Virus genome (UHGV): UHGV-0289467 | From: a virus | Direction: 5' to 3' (one strand) | DNA length: 46,550 nt | The notes under the pieces: model-generated | Told to the model about the DNA's origin: nothing | What the model saw: the letters and a program-made list of their open reading frames with translations, nothing else | Database searches by the model: none | Shown here: positions 17,855 through 27,024 of the stretch, piece by piece | How positions within the stretch are numbered: the stretch's first letter is position 1 | Layout of the letters: each line of letters begins with the position of its first letter | Position numbers and translations under genes: made by a program

Positions 17855-17947
17855 TCACCTCAAGATAAAGTAGGCTGCCAGTGCAACAGCAATCCAGAAT
17901 ACGGCTGATGCTGCGGCGATTAGGCGGAGGATGATGTAGGGTTTCAT
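17855..17947 (-). CDS. hypothetical membrane peptide (30 aa)
   Basis: GGAGGA RBS; single TM helix. Confidence 0.25.
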   Translation of the reverse strand: MKPYIILRLIAAASAVFWIAVALAAYFILR

Positions 17948-18150
17948 GGTTTATCCTCCTGCGTGGCGTTTGAGATCTGCACTGAAAATGTCTCACCCAC
18001 CCATGAGGTTATCTGGAAGGTGAAAATCCATGGCTTTGGATATGAAAGTTTGATTTCTGCGTCCGGGCAAACCGCCCATACACCTCTCGCCAGCTTTTCT
18101 GCCATCTCTTGGCTTTGAGCCTTGATGGTAATGACTTCTTTACTCACCAT
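17944..18150 (-). CDS. hypothetical protein
   Basis: 68 aa. Confidence 0.35.
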   Translation of the reverse strand: MVSKEVITIKAQSQEMAEKLARGVWAVCPDAEIKLSYPKPWIFTFQITSWVGETFSVQISNATQEDKP

Positions 18151-18505
18151 TCACCTCCTGCTGGGCGGCTTCGAGCATGGCGGCGCGGCAGGCGTTCCAG
18201 CCTGCGCTAAACTCATTTTCCTGCCAATCCACCCTCAATTCAGGAGTCGCCGGCGCTGGATGCGCGTGGCGGTAGTAGTGGTGAAAGGCGAACGTCAGAC
18301 CGAGCTTTGTTGGCCGCTCCTGTTTACCCAGCAGTTTGAGGCGAGTGCAAATGGTCGTCGCCGTCCAGCCGGAGTGATAACCGGCAGCACGTTTCATAAC
18401 GGTTTCAGCCAGGATGGTTCGAAAGTCGTCGCGCCCGAAGTTAGTGTTTTCGAATGCGGCGTTGATCACTTCGTCAGTGAGATGTGCATCGATAGCGTGG
18501 CTCAT
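18140..18505 (-). CDS. hypothetical protein
   Basis: about 121 aa counting from Met preceded by AGGGGG RBS (track ORF extended upstream). Confidence 0.4.
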   Translation of the reverse strand: MSHAIDAHLTDEVINAAFENTNFGRDDFRTILAETVMKRAAGYHSGWTATTICTRLKLLGKQERPTKLGLTFAFHHYYRHAHPAPATPELRVDWQENEFSAGWNACRAAMLEAAQQEVNGE

Positions 18506-18929
18506 TTGTCGCCCCCTCGCGCAGCTGCTTGGCATACGCCAGCAATGTTTCGCAGATATAACCAGCGCCATAACATTCGTTTGCGGCCTGCTCCACCCCA
18601 TCAGCCTTAATCCCGGCTACGATGCGGTCGGTGGAGGTGGTTTCTAACATGGAAAGCAAATCGGAGATTGTACCTTGCGCATCGCACAGCCGGATAAGGG
18701 CATCCATTTGCTCTCCATCAGCGTCATAGCTATACAATCCGTTCGTATCATGGTGGGATTCCATCTCCTCGAATGCTTCCAGAACGCAAGCCTTCAGCGC
18801 CACATTCTCCGCAGCCAGATGCACGCACAGTTTTGCAACATTTAGGTATTTCTCCTCTTTGATTGAGAGTTCACCGCTGCTCTCAAGGTTTTTAATAATT
18901 TCCTGAACTTCTTTAATTTCGATATCCAT
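18474..18929 (-). CDS. hypothetical acidic protein
   Basis: 151 aa. Confidence 0.4.
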   Translation of the reverse strand: MDIEIKEVQEIIKNLESSGELSIKEEKYLNVAKLCVHLAAENVALKACVLEAFEEMESHHDTNGLYSYDADGEQMDALIRLCDAQGTISDLLSMLETTSTDRIVAGIKADGVEQAANECYGAGYICETLLAYAKQLREGATNEPRYRCTSH

Positions 18930-18935
18930 AAACCC

Positions 18936-19214
18936 TCACTTAACAGCCTGCAAACGCTCAAGCTCACGCATCAGTGCAGATACACGGCGTTGCCGCAAAG
19001 TCTCTGCATGCTCTTTTGCCTGTTGTTCATCAAGCCAGTATTCACCACGTTTAAAGTAAACATCGCCAACCACAGCCACCTGACCATCGGCAAATAGCTG
19101 TGCGCTTTCGTACTTTTGAATGCCGCGGGTCAGCGCGTACTTCGTGACCCATATAGTCTCAGCGCTTGCTGCGTTAGCGATAACCAGTAAAACCACTGCC
19201 AGTAATTTATTCAT
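18936..19214 (-). CDS. small secreted (periplasmic) protein
   Basis: 92 aa with signal peptide MNKLLAVVLLVIANAASA|ET. Confidence 0.5.
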   Translation of the reverse strand: MNKLLAVVLLVIANAASAETIWVTKYALTRGIQKYESAQLFADGQVAVVGDVYFKRGEYWLDEQQAKEHAETLRQRRVSALMRELERLQAVK

Positions 19215-19229
19215 CGTTGCTAAACCGGT

Positions 19230-19424
19230 TTAGTTTCCACCAGATGACACGATAACCTGCTCAAGCACTCTCTGCTTTCCTTCTCCAATAAAAACGCGAC
19301 AGACGCGCTTACCGTTGCTGTATGCATGCATCGCCTGCGTCATCATAAAGTTTTGCGCTTTCACTGCGCCCATTTCTGGCTCCAGTTGAGTGCGCGTGTA
19401 GATTGCTTTGGTCATTTTCATCAC
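19230..19424 (-). CDS. hypothetical protein
   Basis: 64 aa; first gene downstream of the minus-strand promoter at 19446-19474. Confidence 0.4.
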   Translation of the reverse strand: MMKMTKAIYTRTQLEPEMGAVKAQNFMMTQAMHAYSNGKRVCRVFIGEGKQRVLEQVIVSSGGN

Positions 19425-19445
19425 CTCTTTGTTGTTGGTGTGGTA

Positions 19446-19474
19446 ACTATACGATGGCGATCAATCTACGTCAA
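19446..19474 (-). promoter_or_regulatory. sigma70-type promoter TTGACG(TAGATTGA)-N17-TATAGT on minus strand
   Basis: reverse complement of 19461-19473 is TGACGTAGATTGA; -10 TATAGT at rc of 19446-19451. Confidence 0.5.
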
Positions 19475-19479
19475 TATGA

Positions 19480-19860
19480 TGGTGAAAATAAATCAGCTTG
19501 GGGTAGTTTTTACCCCTGTGGGTAAGGTGTTGGGGCATGGTGTTGCCCCACACGCAAGCCTTGTCACTAAAGGGATTTAACATTTTTGGGGCACTGGGGC
19601 AATTTTGATACCCATCCCCTTGTATATATAAAAACGCCGCCAGTTTGTTAATTTATTGTTAAAATAAAATCTATAATATGAATAATAATATTACCCAGTT
19701 AACCCTACTACTATTATTATTATATATTACATATACTTAGATTAACGTTGCGTGGGGAAGGTGGCCTGCCCCACGGTTAACCCAGCTACCCCAGAAAAGA
19801 TGAACGGCAAGGCATTTACTGACGGGGATTTATGGGTTAATATGGTTTCTACCAACAAGA
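19480..19860. promoter_or_regulatory. AT-rich divergent intergenic region with GGGGCA/TGCCCC and GTTAACCC repeats and hairpin CGTGGGG-N12-CCCCACG
   Basis: 380-bp non-coding gap between divergent minus head/early and plus replication operons; AT-rich core (19610-19740) flanked by GC-rich short repeats. Confidence 0.4.
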
Positions 19861-19873
19861 TGGAGTGTATGTT

Positions 19874-20122
19874 ATGTCTAATCACGGCAGGCTTTTAAAG
19901 AAAAAATCACGGTTTCGTGGCAGACCCTCAACCACTGGCTTCAATGGCGTTGACTTCCATAAGCAATCTGGTTATTTCAGGGCGAGAATAGTTGTTAATC
20001 GCCTTCGGTATGAACTTGGCAAATTTGAAACAGCAGAAGAAGCGAACCTGGCTGTTCTGAAGGCAAAGCAATGGCTGTCAGAAAACCCTCACGAATTATT
20101 TGCAACCGAGTATGAGGTTTAA
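19874..20122 (+). CDS. stand-alone AP2-domain DNA-binding protein
   Basis: 83 aa; GFNGVDFHKQSGYFRARIVVNRLRYELGKFETAEEANLAV matches the AP2 domain found at the C-termini of the three HNH endonucleases here but lacks any HNH motif; GGAG RBS. Confidence 0.6.
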   Translation: MSNHGRLLKKKSRFRGRPSTTGFNGVDFHKQSGYFRARIVVNRLRYELGKFETAEEANLAVLKAKQWLSENPHELFATEYEV

Positions 20123-21676
20123 ATGATTACAGCACAGGAAATCTTCAACCAGGCAAGAGAGGCTCACACCTCAGCGGCGCGCGTAGCCATTCATCATGGC
20201 ATGACGCCAAGCCATAACATGTGGCCGGAAATTAAGGAAGGGCAGGAGAAGGATGTAACATACTCGGAGATAGAGCTTACCAGCGATAACAGGAAAGACC
20301 TGATAACGCGCTACTCAGTTGCAGCGGCGAGGGCTGTGCAATTCCCAGTTAGCACATCATTCATGCACCTGCTTGGCTGCGTAGCCAGCGCCATGACGCG
20401 AAATTTTAGCGTTGAATACTACGGTTCTGAATTGCCTGTTTCCTTGTACGTGGTGACGTCGCAGCCGCCATCAGCTGGCAAGACAGCCATCAACTCAATG
20501 CATATGAACCCGATAAAAATTGAGTATGACAACCTGTCAAAAAAGATGGAGAAGGAAATTGTAAAGATAAACATTCGCATTGAAGATCTGATGAAGGCCT
20601 ACAAGGAAGCGACGAATCAGAACGCAAAGGCCATCATTGGAGATGACATTGCGAAAGAGAAGGAAAAACTGGAAAGTCTTTACACCATCACCTACCCGTT
20701 AACCGATGCAACACCAGAAGCGGTGCAGCACCAGGCAATTCATGAGGGTGGTTTTTTCAACCTGATAAGTGATGAGGCAAGTGTTTTAAATACCTGCCTT
20801 GGCCTTTCGTATGGCAAGGATGGAGGAAAGTCTAACGCCGAAGTCATCCTTAAAGGCTGGGATGGCGGGTTTGTTGGTTCAGCTCGCGTTGGTCGTGGTG
20901 TTTCATCTGGCTATGTGCTTGGTAACATCAGCGTCATTGCACAGGACGAAAGTATTGATGCCATTCTTTCCGCTGGCGACAGGGGTAATGGATTGTCAGA
21001 GCGATTCCTGATGCTTCGTGAGCAGTCGATGTTGGGTTATCGTGAGCATTGGGATGTTGAAAATGATTGCCCGGTAAGTAAGCCAATGCCTAAAGAACTA
21101 AAGGCAGAATATGCCAGATTTGTGCATAACCTTGTGGCTTCTGAGAAGGTTGTTTTCTCCCTCGCTAAAGAATCTCAGCGTATGATTGGACTTTTACGAA
21201 ACCAGTGGGAAAAGAATTTCCTGCCAGGTGGTAAATGGGATCACGTTTTGCTTCGTGGCGCCATGGGTAAGGCTGACAAACAGATAATCAGGCTTTCAGC
21301 AATATTCCATGCCTCTGAAAACTGGTGCGATGGCGGTCGTCGCTCAAAAATTATTGGTGAGGAGCATATAAGCCGCGCCATAAGCGTTTATGATGCACTA
21401 ACAAAAACATTTACCGACGCCGTTGAGTCAAATGGATACGCTGGCGAGAAATCAGAAATTGACGTTGTTGCTGAAAAATTGCGTACAGCTGCGCAAAAAG
21501 GAAAGACAAATGTCACGGTAAAATGGCTGTATGATTCACTAAAAAACGTTAGACCATTCAAAGGTATACCGCACATTTATGACAGACTCAAGTCAAACGT
21601 TTTGCCGTCTCTTGAAGAAGATGGATATTGCGTATTCCTTAATAACACTGTTTACCTGAATCCGAGACTGAAATGA
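20123..21676 (+). CDS. replication-module protein of unknown function
   Basis: 517 aa; first large gene of replication operon; possible nucleotide-binding loop SQPPSAGKTA. Confidence 0.35.
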   Translation: MITAQEIFNQAREAHTSAARVAIHHGMTPSHNMWPEIKEGQEKDVTYSEIELTSDNRKDLITRYSVAAARAVQFPVSTSFMHLLGCVASAMTRNFSVEYYGSELPVSLYVVTSQPPSAGKTAINSMHMNPIKIEYDNLSKKMEKEIVKINIRIEDLMKAYKEATNQNAKAIIGDDIAKEKEKLESLYTITYPLTDATPEAVQHQAIHEGGFFNLISDEASVLNTCLGLSYGKDGGKSNAEVILKGWDGGFVGSARVGRGVSSGYVLGNISVIAQDESIDAILSAGDRGNGLSERFLMLREQSMLGYREHWDVENDCPVSKPMPKELKAEYARFVHNLVASEKVVFSLAKESQRMIGLLRNQWEKNFLPGGKWDHVLLRGAMGKADKQIIRLSAIFHASENWCDGGRRSKIIGEEHISRAISVYDALTKTFTDAVESNGYAGEKSEIDVVAEKLRTAAQKGKTNVTVKWLYDSLKNVRPFKGIPHIYDRLKSNVLPSLEEDGYCVFLNNTVYLNPRLK

Positions 21677-21906
21677 TGAGCAAAGTACATGAACTTAAAA
21701 TATTACCTCAACACTTTTGGCCTGTTGTTGATGGTTTAAAGAGGGCTGAACTAAGGAATAACGACCGTAATTTTAAGGTTGGAGATATTCTTGCTCTTTA
21801 TGAATGGGATGGTGATTACACAGGGGAGAGGGTTGATAAATTAATTGTGCATATAGCTGATGTAAGCTCGTATCTTCCTGGTTACATTTTAATTAGCATG
21901 GAATAA
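21673..21906 (+). CDS. small PUA/ASCH-like protein (DUF3850-like)
   Basis: 77 aa; HELKILPQHFWPVVDGLKRAELRNNDRNFKVGDIL pattern typical of DUF3850/ASCH-like proteins. Confidence 0.4.
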   Translation: MMSKVHELKILPQHFWPVVDGLKRAELRNNDRNFKVGDILALYEWDGDYTGERVDKLIVHIADVSSYLPGYILISME

Positions 21907-21907
21907 C

Positions 21908-21940
21908 AAAAACCCTCCGGCAGGAGGGTTTATTTTTTTA
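21908..21940. terminator. bidirectional rho-independent terminator
   Basis: AAAACCCTCCggcaGGAGGGTTTATTTTTTT. Confidence 0.7.
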
Positions 21941-22873
21941 GTGCTTCAATAGCTCTTCTGGTTTATACAGCCTTTTTCTGATGGCGCCGCTGTAACGGAT
22001 ATCCTGACCATCATCAGTAATCAGTATCGGAAGACCTGCATTCTCGGCGGCGCATACCTCATCGAAATTATTATTAATGATACAGCGTAGTTTGGTTCGC
22101 TGCTCATCGCTCACATTGCGCACAACTTCCCACATATTCTCAGGAGACCAGCAGCACCAGACATGGGCGCCAGTGAAGTAATGGCATTTCCACGCGTCGG
22201 CATAATCAGATACCAGATAAATGAACTTCCCGCTGTCTTCTCCAATGGTACTTACCGCTCCGCGTGTGAGCTTGCCGTTGATGGCTGAGTCTTTGTTGTA
22301 CCCCGCTTTATAAAATGTTCTGAATGAATCACCATCCATGCCAATGAATGCCACGTTGCACGGCTTCATTGTGTCAGCGCGCATCATCTCAACCGCAATA
22401 AGCTCTCCAGATTTACCTCTGACGACGTTAACGTCGCAGCCAATACCATTTATCAAAGTCCACTCATTCATCGCGACGCGCGTCGTTTTAGACATGATTG
22501 CTGCGACTTCCTGCTCGGTGATGAAGTCATCATTGTAATTTATCTTCGGTAACTCCTTCCTGATTGCCTCCAGTTTTTCGCGCGGGTGCATATTCAGGAA
22601 TCCTCCCAGCGCCTCCAGTGCTTCAGGAAAGCTCATGCCGGAGAGTTTCATCAGCCAGTTCATGCCACTACCGGAACCGCACTGATTGCAGATTGCACCG
22701 CCATCGCCTTTTGTTTCGAAGTGATTATCCCAACGGAATCGGTCAACCCCCATGCAATGAGGGCATGGTTGATGTTTTCCAGAAAAAATTTTTCTGTCTA
22801 TGTTGACTATTGACAGTAGTGCCGCCTCCCAATTTCCAATCATCTTTTGTTGTATCTCTTCCCAATAAAACAT
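21938..22873 (-). CDS. DNA primase (N-terminal Zn-ribbon + TOPRIM-like domain)
   Basis: 311 aa; CPHCMG…(18 aa)…CNQCGSGSG zinc ribbon typical of phage primases; later acidic motifs (…VSDYADA…, …ILITDDGQD…) consistent with TOPRIM. Confidence 0.55.
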   Translation of the reverse strand: MFYWEEIQQKMIGNWEAALLSIVNIDRKIFSGKHQPCPHCMGVDRFRWDNHFETKGDGGAICNQCGSGSGMNWLMKLSGMSFPEALEALGGFLNMHPREKLEAIRKELPKINYNDDFITEQEVAAIMSKTTRVAMNEWTLINGIGCDVNVVRGKSGELIAVEMMRADTMKPCNVAFIGMDGDSFRTFYKAGYNKDSAINGKLTRGAVSTIGEDSGKFIYLVSDYADAWKCHYFTGAHVWCCWSPENMWEVVRNVSDEQRTKLRCIINNNFDEVCAAENAGLPILITDDGQDIRYSGAIRKRLYKPEELLKH

Positions 22874-22935
22874 GTTGACTCCATCTGTTACTGTTTGTAT
22901 GCTTTAAGCGTAACACTGAATGAGGGTAACGTAAA

Positions 22936-23457
22936 GTGAATGATTTCGAATTGATGAAGTTAAAAGAGAAGTCAATACCAGTATCCACGTTGCGGGAGTA
23001 TTTTTCATATGACGGAATAAATCTCATATGGAAAAGAACAACAACAAACAGGGTTAAACGTGGCGCTATTGCAGGTTCGAAGACTGTAAGTGGATATCTT
23101 CAGGTTGGCTTTTTAGGTGTTGATATAAAGGTTCATAGAATAATTTGGGCTTTAGTGCATGGTTATTGGCCTGAGTTAATAATAGACCATAAAGATGGTA
23201 ATAGATTGAATAACAGGATAGAAAACCTAAGAGAAACAAACTTTAATGGAAATTTAAGAAACATGAGGATTCCAAGCCATAACACATCCGGTGTAAAGGG
23301 GGTTGGTTTTTGCAAGCAAACAAAAAAATGGACTTGCTCTATACATGTGAATAATAAAAAAATATGGCTCGGCAGATATGATACAAAAGAAGAAGCAGCA
23401 AAAGTTTATGCGGAAGCATCAAAAAAGTATCATGGTGAATTTGGTAGGGTAAAATAA
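22936..23457 (+). CDS. HNH homing endonuclease with AP2 domain
   Basis: 173 aa; IDHKDGNRLNNRIENLRETN HNH core and GVKGVGFCKQTKKWTCSI…GRYDTKEEAAKVY AP2 domain; GTG start with GAGGGT RBS (alternative ATG at 22954). Confidence 0.85.
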   Translation: MNDFELMKLKEKSIPVSTLREYFSYDGINLIWKRTTTNRVKRGAIAGSKTVSGYLQVGFLGVDIKVHRIIWALVHGYWPELIIDHKDGNRLNNRIENLRETNFNGNLRNMRIPSHNTSGVKGVGFCKQTKKWTCSIHVNNKKIWLGRYDTKEEAAKVYAEASKKYHGEFGRVK

Positions 23458-25391
23458 TGCACAAAATAGACAAAATGATTTCAGAGATTGATATAGATAG
23501 ATTAAAGCAATCAATAAAAATAGGTTCCATAGAGCCGTATGATTACCAATGGCTTGTTTACGCAAAGTGCGCTGAGGTTATTCGTAATTTTGGCAAGAAA
23601 CCTGAACCAAGCTATGTTACAGCGTCTGTTTCATCAGGAAAGACCGTGATGATTTCAATGCTTTGCAGTAGATTTCAGGATATGGGGTGGGAAGGCCTTG
23701 TAATCTCAAGGCAGGGCGAGATAGCTGAGCAGAATGCTGAAATGATGTGGGAGTGTGGTGTAAAAAACTCTCTTTATAGCGCATCTCTTGGTAGGAAAAG
23801 TACAGCATACCCTATTATATGCGGTACTGAAGGATCAATCGCGAACGCACTTTTTGATAAAAAAGATGAATCAAATGGTGACGTCAAGAAAGGTGGATTG
23901 AGTGATTTTACCCCAAGATTTTGCCTGATCGATGAGTCCCACCAAGCTCCATGGCAGGATATTATTAGTGATAATCCAACAACACAATATGGCGTAATAC
24001 TTACTGAACTTAACAGGCGCTGCAAGGCAAGATATGGGCATGAAATGATAACAATTGGATTCACCGGTAGCCCATTCCGTGGTACTGAATCAATGAAAGG
24101 TGCGTACTGGAAAAATGAAATAATAAACATTGATACAAAGTACATGGTAGATCGCGGTTTTGTTGTGCCAACAATCTTTGGTCTTCATGATGTTGATGAT
24201 TTGAAATATGACTTGCATAACTTCCATGGTTCAGATGTTGACGGTACACAGGATTTCACTGCCGAACAACTAAAGCAGATGCAGAAAGAAATCCTTGAGC
24301 AAGGTACGTTGACGCAGAAAATCATGCTCAAGGTTATGGAGTTGACTAAAAACAGGAACGGAGTGCTGATCACATGCGCTGGTAAAAAACACTGTCAGGA
24401 AGCGGCTAAATATTTACCCGAAGGAAGTTATGCTATCGTCACCGAGGATATGGGTCAGAAAGCCAGGCGCAAGGCGTTAAAAGACGCATACGCTGGCAAG
24501 ATTAAATATGTTTTCCAAATTGGTTGCTTGACGACAGGCGTCAACATCCCGCTTTGGGATACAAGCGTTATATTGCGAAAAATAATGTCACTCACCCTTC
24601 TTGTGCAGTTGCTTGGTCGCGGGATGCGTCTGCTGAAGAAAGAACAAATTGATGCCGGGTATCATAAAGAGGACCATCTGGTTCTTGATTTCTCAGGAAC
24701 GATGTTTGAGCTTGGTCAGCTATATGAAGACCCAATTCTGGAAGAGGCTGAGGCGCAACGTTCAAAACGTAGCGGTGAACAGGTTCCGTGCCCAAAATGC
24801 GGAACAATGAACAGTCCGTATGCGCGCCGCTGCATTGGCAAGGATGCATTGTCGCCAGATGGTCGGTGCGAAGAGTTTTTCAGTTACATCCGTTGCGGTT
24901 TTGACAAGCACGGAATCCGTATTTTTGATGATGGCTGCGGCACTAAAAACGACCCAACGGCGCGCTATTGCCGACATTGCGATCATGTTTTGCGCGACCC
25001 TAATGCGGCACTGAATGAGCGTGCGTATACCGATAATGAGTGGGCTGATGTTATGGACTTCAAAGTCCAGTTAACGAAGGACGGAGAAGGTATTTTGTAT
25101 CGCTACTGGATTAACCGTTGTGATGGCACAGAAGGATGGGCTAATGAGGTTTTCTATCCATACGGTGGCGCAACTCACATGAAAAACATGTTTAAGGCAA
25201 AGGCGGTCTTTCCTCACCTTGATGATAAGTCGATGGCTGGGAGAATCCTGAAATGCCAGAACGCCAAACAATTCATGATGTATGCGGGATTGATTAAAGC
25301 GCCAAAACGCATCACTCATCGCATTAATGATAAAGGTCGCGACATCATCCACCGCAAAGAATTTAAAGGAGAACAGAATGAAGCAGCTTGA
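23457..25391 (+). CDS. SF2 DNA helicase (DEAD/DEAH-like) with C-terminal Cys-rich zinc-finger region
   Basis: Walker A SVSSGKTV, motif II LIDESHQ, motif VI QLLGRGMRL; C-terminal CPKCG…CIG…C…C clusters. Confidence 0.8.
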   Translation: MHKIDKMISEIDIDRLKQSIKIGSIEPYDYQWLVYAKCAEVIRNFGKKPEPSYVTASVSSGKTVMISMLCSRFQDMGWEGLVISRQGEIAEQNAEMMWECGVKNSLYSASLGRKSTAYPIICGTEGSIANALFDKKDESNGDVKKGGLSDFTPRFCLIDESHQAPWQDIISDNPTTQYGVILTELNRRCKARYGHEMITIGFTGSPFRGTESMKGAYWKNEIINIDTKYMVDRGFVVPTIFGLHDVDDLKYDLHNFHGSDVDGTQDFTAEQLKQMQKEILEQGTLTQKIMLKVMELTKNRNGVLITCAGKKHCQEAAKYLPEGSYAIVTEDMGQKARRKALKDAYAGKIKYVFQIGCLTTGVNIPLWDTSVILRKIMSLTLLVQLLGRGMRLLKKEQIDAGYHKEDHLVLDFSGTMFELGQLYEDPILEEAEAQRSKRSGEQVPCPKCGTMNSPYARRCIGKDALSPDGRCEEFFSYIRCGFDKHGIRIFDDGCGTKNDPTARYCRHCDHVLRDPNAALNERAYTDNEWADVMDFKVQLTKDGEGILYRYWINRCDGTEGWANEVFYPYGGATHMKNMFKAKAVFPHLDDKSMAGRILKCQNAKQFMMYAGLIKAPKRITHRINDKGRDIIHRKEFKGEQNEAA

Positions 25392-25794
25392 AAGCGGCAT
25401 ATGGGTATTTGATAGCGGTTATCGTGGGGAGTGTCCGAAAGAAGAGACAGACCAGATGGGTTACGGCACATGGATGCAGCACCGCTTCCCTGATGTTCTG
25501 TGGTTTCATGTGCCTAACGAGACTGGAACAAAGAGTGGTCCGCAATTCATCGAAAAACGCCGAAAAATGGGCGTCAGGAGCGGTGTAAGCGACAATGTGA
25601 TACTAACTCACGGCATTAATCATAAATGCGGCCTGATTGAGTTGAAGAGGCGTGACAAGACAAAATCAAAAGTATCGCCATCGCAGATTGAGGTTCTTGA
25701 GTGCGCCATTGCAGAGGGTCACTTTGGCGCTATTGCTTATGGTCTTGAGGAGATAAAAAGAGCGACGTTATTCTATTTTGGGCTTGATGAATGA
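25378..25794 (+). CDS. VRR-NUC domain nuclease (PD-(D/E)XK)
   Basis: 138 aa from AGGAG-supported ATG; FHVPNETGTKSGPQFIEKRRKMGVRSGVSDNVIL…GLIELKRRDK matches VRR-NUC signature (hhxxxNE…G…G…SD…ELK). Confidence 0.7.
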   Translation: MKQLESGIWVFDSGYRGECPKEETDQMGYGTWMQHRFPDVLWFHVPNETGTKSGPQFIEKRRKMGVRSGVSDNVILTHGINHKCGLIELKRRDKTKSKVSPSQIEVLECAIAEGHFGAIAYGLEEIKRATLFYFGLDE

Positions 25795-25816
25795 CGTGGT
25801 TTGATGTAGATTCATC
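25786..25816. promoter_or_regulatory. inverted repeat GATGAAT-N17-ATTCATC enclosing TTGATGTAGATT promoter-motif variant
   Basis: 7-bp arms at 25786-25792 and 25810-25816; motif TTGATGTAGATT at 25801-25812; upstream of exonuclease gene. Confidence 0.4.
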
Positions 25817-25840
25817 TAACAATAACAAGTGAGGTGATGG

Positions 25841-26797
25841 ATGAAGGTTTACTTTAATAATGAATTAAGCAATCAAGAATATCATGCTGACACAGAGCAC
25901 ATCAACGGCTCTGGCCTATGGAACATACTTGACAGATGCCCAGCTGCATGGCGCTACAAAGACGAAGAAGATGAGCAATCAAAGGCTCTTGTCTTCGGAA
26001 CCGGTAGCCATACCGCTCTGCTTGAGCCTGAGCGTTTCGAAGCAGAATATGCCCGCATGCCAGTTGTCGAAGATTTCCCAAAAGACAAAGATGGCAATCG
26101 CACGGTGCTGGTGACAGCTTCCGACATGAACTCATGGGCGAAAGAGCGCGGCATTAAAGGGCTTTCAGGTAAGACTAAAGCCGAAGTGATTAAAATTATT
26201 CAGGCCACTGGCGAGACAGTGCAGATTTACGATGTTATCCGTGAAGAAGCAGAGAAGGCCGCTACTGGTAAATCAATGCTGGAGGGCAATGATTATGACG
26301 CCATCATGCAGATGCGCGCCGTAATCCATGCAAACAGCTATTACAGCAGCCTGCTTTCTGGTGCTTATTCCGAGGTATCAATTCTCGGTAGGTTGCTTGG
26401 CGAGCCATCAAAAGTACGCTTTGACTGCCTTACTCGCGGTGGCGACATCATCGACTACAAAACAGCGGTGAGCGCCAAGCCTGATGAATTTTTTCGCCAT
26501 GCTGCGCGGCTCGGGTACTTTATGAAGATGGCAATGCAGCACGACATGTTTGTCGAGGCTTATGGGCATGCGCCTCGATCGGTAAACCTTCTGGTGCAGG
26601 AGAAAAAATCTCCATTCATCCCTGCGTTGATTCGCCTGACTGATGAACAGTTACGCATTGGTCGCATTCAACTGCGCAGCGCGATGGAAATCTATAAGGC
26701 ATGCAAAAAAGCCAATTCATGGCCCGGTTACTCAATGGGTAATCCGGTCATCGAAATGGAAACGCCTGAGTGGTTCAAAAAGCAATTTAACCTGTAA
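25841..26797 (+). CDS. PD-(D/E)XK-family exonuclease (RecE/RecB-type recombination nuclease)
   Basis: 318 aa; FDCLTRGGDIIDYKT has the D-x(n)-D/E-x-K spacing of RecB-like nucleases; located just before Erf and SSB. Confidence 0.55.
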   Translation: MKVYFNNELSNQEYHADTEHINGSGLWNILDRCPAAWRYKDEEDEQSKALVFGTGSHTALLEPERFEAEYARMPVVEDFPKDKDGNRTVLVTASDMNSWAKERGIKGLSGKTKAEVIKIIQATGETVQIYDVIREEAEKAATGKSMLEGNDYDAIMQMRAVIHANSYYSSLLSGAYSEVSILGRLLGEPSKVRFDCLTRGGDIIDYKTAVSAKPDEFFRHAARLGYFMKMAMQHDMFVEAYGHAPRSVNLLVQEKKSPFIPALIRLTDEQLRIGRIQLRSAMEIYKACKKANSWPGYSMGNPVIEMETPEWFKKQFNL

Positions 26798-26820
26798 TTT
26801 ATAGTAAATGAGGTGAAGTG

Positions 26821-27024
26821 ATGGCGAGAGTTACAAGATTCACTGATGGTTATAATCATCTTATGAGCGGGCCATGTACAACATTGGATTCTCTTTGTGG
26901 TATCTGCCAGGACCATGAGAATATGCCGCAAGGACCAGAATTTGAAGGCGAGGTAACCTGTGATGCTTGCCGAGAGACGGCTTGGGTCGTTTTTGATTCA
27001 TGTAAAAAGAAAGAGGTGAAGTGA
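26821..27024 (+). CDS. small Cys-rich (zinc-binding) protein
   Basis: 67 aa; CTT…CGIC…CDAC…C. Confidence 0.4.
   Translation: MARVTRFTDGYNHLMSGPCTTLDSLCGICQDHENMPQGPEFEGEVTCDACRETAWVVFDSCKKKEVK

Noticed and set aside
18474-18601. 128-nt overlap between ORFs 18140-18601 and 18474-18929 suggesting a frameshift
   Set aside because: An AGGGGG RBS supports an internal start at 18505 for the downstream gene, reducing the overlap to about 30 nt. That is ordinary translational coupling.
22564-22813. Two overlapping plus-strand ORFs (80 and 75 aa) within the primase gene region
   Set aside because: They are antisense to the primase coding sequence, have Arg/Cys-rich junk composition and no RBS.
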